From an uncultured delta proteobacterium (lineage in GTDB: Bacteria > Desulfobacterota > RBG-13-43-22), in assembly GCA_963790475.1 (NCBI GenBank), contig CAWBOS010000012.1, positions 672,001 to 736,000 of the forward strand: a stretch of 64,000 bases of DNA. Reading direction: 5' to 3'. Both the position numbers and the translations under genes were made by a program. The notes beneath the pieces were generated by a model. That model worked only from the letters and a program-made list of their open reading frames with translations. It searched no databases and was not told where the DNA came from. Below are positions 58,310 to 64,000 of the stretch, in pieces. The first letter of the stretch is position 1. Each line of letters begins with the position of its first letter.

Positions 58310-59857
58310 ATGGAACCGTCTTTTTCTCCCACCCCAGAGGTAAATAAATGGTTGATAACTTTCACGGTCATGTTGCCGACCGTGATCGAGATCCTGGATA
58401 CGAGTGTGGCCAATGTTGCCCTGGGCCATATTCAGGGCAGCATGAATGCCGGTTTGGATGAAGTCACCTGGGTCTTGACCTCCTATCTGGTCTCCAATGC
58501 GATTATCATCCCCATCACCGCCTGGCTGGCCAGCACCTTCGGACGGAAAAGATATCTGATCTTTTCCCTTGGGCTTTTTGTTTTCAGCTCCGTTATGTGC
58601 GGGGCCTCCCCAAACCTGCAGACCTTGATTTTTTTTCGTATATTGCAAGGCCTCGGCGGAGGGGCCTTACAACCCTTGGCCTTGTCCATCTTATTGGAGA
58701 CCTTTCCTCCCAAACAACATGGGATGGCCATGGCCGTTTACGGCATCGGTGTGGTTTTCGGCCCTATCCTTGGTCCTTTGCTGGGCGGTTATATTACCGA
58801 CGCTATGAGCTGGCGATGGATCTTTTATATTAATTTGCCCCTGGGAGGATTGGCTGTCCTGATGACCGCTCTTTTTATTTTCGATCCCCATTATATCCGA
58901 AAGACGGAGACTCGCATCGATTACTGGGGGTTGGGTTTATTGACCATGGGTCTGGGCTGTTTGCAGATCGCCTTGGATCAGGGAGAACGGAAAGACTGGT
59001 TTGATTCCAGCTTTATTGTATCGCTGACCATTATCGCTGCTGTCTGTTTGTTGCTTTTTATCATCGTTGAACTCAGGGTCGCTTATCCGGTGGTCAATCT
59101 ACGTATTTTTAGGCATCGATCCTTCAGTTCCGGGAATATGATCATATTCTTTGGATTTTTTTGTTTTTTTGGCAGTATCGTTTTGATGCCTCTTTATGTA
59201 CAAAACCTGATGGGCTATACCGCTTTTCTGTCCGGGTTGGTTTTGGGTCCAGGAGGGTTGGCCACACTTTTTTTGATGCCGATAATAGGAAGATTAGTGG
59301 GTCGGGTGGATTCCAGGTACCTATTAAGCTTTGGGATGTTGACCAATGCCTATGCTTTATTGTTGATGTCCCACTTTAGTCTGGAAGTGGATTTTTGGAC
59401 CATCATCTGGTCCAGGATCGTTCAAGGGATCGGCATCAGTTTCTTTTTTGTACCCCTGTCCACCTTGACCTTGTCCAATATCCCTAAGCCCGAATTGGGG
59501 AACGGCACAGCGATCTTTAATCTCCTCAGGAATTTGGGAGGGAGTTTCGGTGTCGCCTTTATCACCACCGTCCTTTCCCGGCGGACTCAATTTCATCAAC
59601 TTCATCTCAGCGAGGGATTTTCCATATTTGATTTTAGATTGCAGCAGGCTGTCCCAAATATCCAGACCTTTTTACAGGGGAGAGGATTAGAAGGGACCAC
59701 GGCCCAACAGGGATCCCTGGGAATCATTTACGGCCAGCTTCAGAAACAAGCGGCCATGCTCGGGTTTAATGATGTCTTCTATCTGCTTTTCCTTTTCTTC
59801 CTCTGTCTGGTTCCTTTGATTTGGGTGATCCGAAAGAGCGCCACGGTATCGGTGTAG
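58310..59857 (+). CDS. emrB: EmrB/DHA2-family MFS efflux permease
   Basis: LDTSVANVAL, WVLTSYL, GPILGPLLGG, WRWIFYINLP, RNLGGSFG. Confidence 0.92.
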   Translation: MEPSFSPTPEVNKWLITFTVMLPTVIEILDTSVANVALGHIQGSMNAGLDEVTWVLTSYLVSNAIIIPITAWLASTFGRKRYLIFSLGLFVFSSVMCGASPNLQTLIFFRILQGLGGGALQPLALSILLETFPPKQHGMAMAVYGIGVVFGPILGPLLGGYITDAMSWRWIFYINLPLGGLAVLMTALFIFDPHYIRKTETRIDYWGLGLLTMGLGCLQIALDQGERKDWFDSSFIVSLTIIAAVCLLLFIIVELRVAYPVVNLRIFRHRSFSSGNMIIFFGFFCFFGSIVLMPLYVQNLMGYTAFLSGLVLGPGGLATLFLMPIIGRLVGRVDSRYLLSFGMLTNAYALLLMSHFSLEVDFWTIIWSRIVQGIGISFFFVPLSTLTLSNIPKPELGNGTAIFNLLRNLGGSFGVAFITTVLSRRTQFHQLHLSEGFSIFDFRLQQAVPNIQTFLQGRGLEGTTAQQGSLGIIYGQLQKQAAMLGFNDVFYLLFLFFLCLVPLIWVIRKSATVSV

Positions 59858-59937
59858 AAAGGGTTCTAATAGAAATTTCTTGACTTAATCGGGAACCGAT
59901 TATAATGCTTACTTAAGGAATGAACGGAGAAAAAAAG

Positions 59938-61296
59938 ATGAAAAAATCCATGGCCTCCTCATGGAAATTAGTTTTGCGATCAGGGCTCTTGGGGATGGTC
60001 CTTTTCATTTGGCCTATCACGGCTCAGTCGGAAACTCCGGCTAAAATTCTTACTATGGAAGAAAGTATTCAATGGGCCTTCAAAGAAAGTTCCCAACTCA
60101 AAACCGCCCAGGAAGCGATCCAGGGGGCGGAATTTAAGAAAAAACAGGCCCAAACCGGATTTTTGCCCAAATTGAGCACCCAGTATAATTATTACTATAT
60201 CAACGCGCCTCAAACCGTCACTATTCCGGCCCAAGATAACGGTCTGATCCCGGAATCCACCTTGACCCTCGGGTCTCAAAATAATTATGCTTTCTATGCC
60301 ATTCTGGAACAGCCGGTTTTCACCGGCCTGGCCCTTACCCGGACCTATGAATTGGCCAAATTGGGCATCGATGTTTCCAGGATTAAATTTGAAGAGGAAA
60401 AGGTAACCTTGGCCTATAAAGTTAAAGAGGCCTATTGGAACATCTTAAAGTCCCAGAAGATCCGGTCGGTCGCCGAACAGACGGTTCTTCAAATCACCGA
60501 TCATGTTCGGGTGGCTAAGGATTTCTATGGGGTCGGCCTGATTCCCTTGAATGATTTACTCAAATCCCAGGTCCAGTTGGCCGATGCCCAGCAGAATCTG
60601 GTTCGAGCGGAAAACAGTGTCTTATTGGCCCTGGCCAATTTCAATACCTTGTTGCGTCTCCCTTTGGAAAAGGAGACCAAGATTCAGGACATACTAAAAT
60701 ATAACCCTTTTGGGGATAGTCTGGAGACCTGTCAGGCTGAGGCCCTTCAAAAAAGACCCGAAATCAAGGAAACTGAAACTCAACTGGAAATAGCCCGCAA
60801 GAATATCCAGCTGGCTCAAAGTGAGTATTATCCCCAGGTGGTTGTGCAAAGCCGTTATATAAAACAGGGGGACACCCCAGCCGTTTCCGGAAGTCTCTTT
60901 GTTCAAGCTGACAACTGGGATGTAACGGCAGCTGTGAAATGGACTTTTTGGGAATGGGGCCGGACCCATAACTTGGTCCAGGAAAAGATCAGCCAAAGGG
61001 AACAGGTCAAGGAGGCCTTAACGCAGATCAAGGATCTCATCCGGTTGGAAGTGAAGGAAGCCTATTTATCGTTAAGGGAGGCTGAAAAAAATATCGGAGT
61101 GGCCGAAAAAACCATCGAACAGGCGGAAGAAAATTTCAGGATCAGCGAGGTCCGATACCGGGAACAGGTTACCACTTCCCTTGAGGTCTTGGATGCCCAA
61201 ACCCTGTTGGCACAGGCCAAAAACAACGCCTATCAGGCCTTATATGCCTACAATCTGGCCCAATCCCGTTTAACGAAGGCCACTGGAAGTTGGTAA
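59938..61296 (+). CDS. TolC-family outer membrane protein
   Basis: Signal peptide, FLPKLS, YYPQV, TSLEVLDAQ; start 59920 or 59938. Confidence 0.9.
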   Translation: MKKSMASSWKLVLRSGLLGMVLFIWPITAQSETPAKILTMEESIQWAFKESSQLKTAQEAIQGAEFKKKQAQTGFLPKLSTQYNYYYINAPQTVTIPAQDNGLIPESTLTLGSQNNYAFYAILEQPVFTGLALTRTYELAKLGIDVSRIKFEEEKVTLAYKVKEAYWNILKSQKIRSVAEQTVLQITDHVRVAKDFYGVGLIPLNDLLKSQVQLADAQQNLVRAENSVLLALANFNTLLRLPLEKETKIQDILKYNPFGDSLETCQAEALQKRPEIKETETQLEIARKNIQLAQSEYYPQVVVQSRYIKQGDTPAVSGSLFVQADNWDVTAAVKWTFWEWGRTHNLVQEKISQREQVKEALTQIKDLIRLEVKEAYLSLREAEKNIGVAEKTIEQAEENFRISEVRYREQVTTSLEVLDAQTLLAQAKNNAYQALYAYNLAQSRLTKATGSW

Positions 61297-61474
61297 GGTT
61301 ATTGTGAGAAAACAGGATCGAAAAATTCGAAGGAGCAGTTTTCGGTCAGGAGTGATTAGTTCGGAGTAAAAACCTAAAAAATATGAACTCTGAAAAAAAA
61401 TAAAGTATTAAATCCTCAGAAATATTGATATCCTTCTTAACAAAGAAAATAAATTATTAAACCTTGGGGGAATT

Positions 61475-62812
61475 ATGAAAGGAACTTTTAAAGTAAAGTA
61501 TTTTGGGTTGATCGTATTGGTGATTGCTTTCTTCTTTTTGATGGATAATCGTCAAAAAGATACCAATGCCGCCGATGTCGAGAAGACCTTTTCAAAGATC
61601 AAGGTTTTCAGTGAGGCCTTGACTGAAATCCAGAAAAAATATGTAGAAGAAAAAGACTCCAAGGAACTGATTTATGGGGCTATCCGGGGGATGATGAATA
61701 CCCTGGATCCCCATTCCAGTTTTCTCACTCCCGAAGAATTCAAAGAATTGGAAATCGAAACCTCCGGAATATTCAGCGGAATAGGAATAGAAATAACCTT
61801 AAAAGATGGTATATTGACCGTAGTTTCCCCGATCGAAGGGTCCCCGGCCGATAAAGCCGGGCTGTCCCCGGGAGACAAAATCCTCCAGATTGACGAAAAG
61901 AGCACTAAGAGTATGAATTTGAATGACGCCGTCCGATTGATTCGCGGGCAAAAAGGGACCAAGGTCATCTTGCTGATTTTCCACGAAGGGGCCAAAGAGC
62001 CCCAAAAATATACCATTGTTCGGGAAGTCATCCCGATCAAGAGCGTCAAATCAAAAATGCTTGAGGAGGGTTACGGTTATGTGAGGGTCAGCACCTTCCA
62101 GGATAAAACCACTGATGATTTTCTGATTGCCCTTAAAAAATTGGAAGCGACCGGTAAGGGAGGATTGAAAGGTCTGGTTCTTGACCTTCGAAATGATCCC
62201 GGAGGATTACTTAATGAAGCGGTCAAGGTTGCCGATGTCTTTTTGGAATCGGGGGTAATCGTCTCCATCCAGGGGCGAAACAAGGAACAGAATCAGAAGT
62301 TTCTGGCTCATCCCAACAAAGAACTGCGTAACTACCCTCTGGTGGTCCTGGTTAACGAGGGTAGTGCCAGCGCCTCGGAAATCGTAGCCGGTGCCCTGCA
62401 GGATCAAAAAAGGGCCATTATTTTAGGCACCCAAACTTTTGGAAAAGGATCCGTTCAGACTATTATTCCTTTGGAGGATAATTCGGGGATTAAACTGACT
62501 ACTGCGCGTTATTATACCCCCAGCGGTCGCTCCATTCAGGCCAAAGGAATTACGCCCGATATCCTGATTAAGGGAAAACCGTTAAGAAGGGGGGAACCCT
62601 TGGAAAAGGAACCCCGGGCCCTTCGCGAAAAAGACCTGGAAAGACATATGGAGGATGAAAAGAATGGGAAGGAGCCCGCTCCTGAAATCCCTCAAGTCGA
62701 AGTGAAAAAACCCACTGGTGAGAATGGGGATGATCCCCAATTAGCCAGTGCGCTGCAGCTTTTAAAAAGTTGGGGTTCGTTTTCCCAGGTTTTTAAGAAT
62801 GTGACCCCTTAA
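61475..62812 (+). CDS. ctpA: Carboxyl-terminal processing protease (S41A)
   Basis: LDPHS, PDZ GIGIEI, DLRNDPGGLL, SASASEIVAGALQD, TFGKGSVQ, TARYYTPSG. Confidence 0.93.
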   Translation: MKGTFKVKYFGLIVLVIAFFFLMDNRQKDTNAADVEKTFSKIKVFSEALTEIQKKYVEEKDSKELIYGAIRGMMNTLDPHSSFLTPEEFKELEIETSGIFSGIGIEITLKDGILTVVSPIEGSPADKAGLSPGDKILQIDEKSTKSMNLNDAVRLIRGQKGTKVILLIFHEGAKEPQKYTIVREVIPIKSVKSKMLEEGYGYVRVSTFQDKTTDDFLIALKKLEATGKGGLKGLVLDLRNDPGGLLNEAVKVADVFLESGVIVSIQGRNKEQNQKFLAHPNKELRNYPLVVLVNEGSASASEIVAGALQDQKRAIILGTQTFGKGSVQTIIPLEDNSGIKLTTARYYTPSGRSIQAKGITPDILIKGKPLRRGEPLEKEPRALREKDLERHMEDEKNGKEPAPEIPQVEVKKPTGENGDDPQLASALQLLKSWGSFSQVFKNVTP

Positions 62813-62879
62813 GGTTTTCGGTGTCCGGACGACGTTCCCTGAACCATGCCCCTCGCCGAAGGAGGGGGGAGGGCATGGG

Positions 62880-63728
62880 ATGGTTATTTGGATCTGGGTG
62901 GTGGGTCTGACCCTGGCCGTGGGAACAGGATATATCTGGTCGTCCTGGAGACCGGGAAAAAGGCCATCGATTCCAAACATTCCCCTTTTTGAAGAAAGAA
63001 ATCACAAAGGAATAAGTCCTCCAAACAAATCGGAACCCTATACGGGGCAATCCTATCCGCAGGTGAATGGGCTTCCACTGGTGGCTATTGTCATAGATGA
63101 CCTGGGTTACCAAAAGGAGTTGGCCATGGATTTTATCGAAATAAGCGCCCCCCTGACCTTATCTTTTTTGCCCCAAGCTCCTTTTGCCGAGGAATTAGTC
63201 CGTCAGGCCGATCAAAAAGGTAAAGAAACTCTGCTGCACCTGCCCATGGAACCCAAGGCGTTTCCCCAAGTCAATCCCGGACCAAAGGCGCTATTGACCA
63301 GTATGTCCGATGAGGAAATCCGGAACATTTTGGAAAGCGATCTTGAGCTCTTTCCACAGGTAGCCGGAGTCAATAATCACATGGGCTCCCGTTTCACCGA
63401 GGATCGGGACAAAATGACTCTGGTATTAACAACGATAAAGAAAAAGAAACTGTTTTTTTTGGATAGTCGAACCAGCGCTTCTTCCGCCATCCTGCCCCTG
63501 GCTTCCCGGATAGGAGTCAAGGCCATACAACGAGATATTTTCCTGGATAATATTGTAGACGTAGATGCTATCCGAGGGCAATTGGAGTTATTGATTCGTT
63601 TGGCGCAGGAACGGGGTATTGCCGTGGCCTGCGGTCACCCCTATCCCCAGACCCTGCAAGTCCTTAAAGAAAAAATGCCTGAATTGCAGGATAAGGTCCA
63701 TCTGGTCCCTGTCTCAAAATTATTGTAG
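62880..63728 (+). CDS. Divergent polysaccharide deacetylase (YibQ-like)
   Basis: AIVIDDLG, LLHLPMEP, GVNNHMGS, FLDSRT, RDIFLDN, GHP; usual position after ctpA. Confidence 0.9.
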   Translation: MVIWIWVVGLTLAVGTGYIWSSWRPGKRPSIPNIPLFEERNHKGISPPNKSEPYTGQSYPQVNGLPLVAIVIDDLGYQKELAMDFIEISAPLTLSFLPQAPFAEELVRQADQKGKETLLHLPMEPKAFPQVNPGPKALLTSMSDEEIRNILESDLELFPQVAGVNNHMGSRFTEDRDKMTLVLTTIKKKKLFFLDSRTSASSAILPLASRIGVKAIQRDIFLDNIVDVDAIRGQLELLIRLAQERGIAVACGHPYPQTLQVLKEKMPELQDKVHLVPVSKLL

Positions 63729-63748
63729 GCACCAAGGAGGAAGTTCTT

Positions 63749-64000
63749 ATGGATAAAAAACTCAGGGTGGTCATTGCCGGAGGATCGGCAGCCGGTCCAA
63801 CGGCGGCCAGTACGGCCCGACGAAAAGATTCTACCGTCAGTATAACCCTGCTGGAGAAGGGGGAGTACATCTCATATGGGGCCTGAGACCTCCCCTATTA
63901 CATCGGGGATGTAATCAAGGACTCCAATGAGCTGATTGTCAGGACACCCCAAGAATTCCAAGAAAAACAACAGATAGAGATCAAGCTTAAACACCAGGTC
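63749..64000 (+). CDS. Selenocysteine-containing CoA-disulfide reductase / NADH oxidase family flavoprotein (5' partial, runs off window)
   Basis: SD AAGGAGG; VVIAGGSAAGPTAA FAD motif; ISYGA-[TGA 63884-63886]-DLPYYIG at the catalytic Cys of SYxxCxLPY; frame open to window end. Confidence 0.88.
63897..63915 (+). promoter_or_regulatory. Bacterial SECIS-like hairpin
   Basis: ATTACATC-GGG-GATGTAAT, 8-bp stem with G loop starting 18 nt after the TGA. Confidence 0.7.

Overview
Bacterial chromosomal window; gene content (sigma-54 NtrC system, M-box riboswitch, Sec-type oxidoreductase) is consistent with an anaerobic Gram-negative deltaproteobacterium/Desulfobacterota (inference). 1-36.9 kb is a large surface-glycan modification region: two polyprenyl-phosphate-type GT2 enzymes, two UPF0104/LPG-synthase-like membrane proteins, three large GT-C-like membrane proteins with C-terminal beta-sandwich domains, an OpgC-like acyltransferase, three SAM methyltransferases, a B12 radical SAM enzyme, a hexapeptide acyltransferase, GlpD-like and PHP-like proteins, GT4, SDR and AsnB. 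It is interspersed with minus-strand lipoprotein genes sharing Ser/Gly/Thr-rich tethers (one pseudogenised), two SGNH esterases, gene relics and palindromic REP/MITE-like elements, some translated inside genes. 36.9-57 kb holds malic enzyme, tatA and a metal-homeostasis region: CDF transporter, CzcCBA-like RND pump below a sigma-54 promoter, two-component system, PagL-like protein, and an M-box riboswitch operon (broken HMA2/porin, NRAMP-related Mg transporter, 59-aa membrane peptide, soluble MgtE-type protein). 57-64 kb is emrAB-tolC, ctpA, a divergent polysaccharide deacetylase and, at the right edge, a CoA-disulfide reductase/NADH oxidase with an in-frame TGA at the catalytic Cys followed by a SECIS-like hairpin. 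No rRNA, tRNA or CRISPR array was seen.
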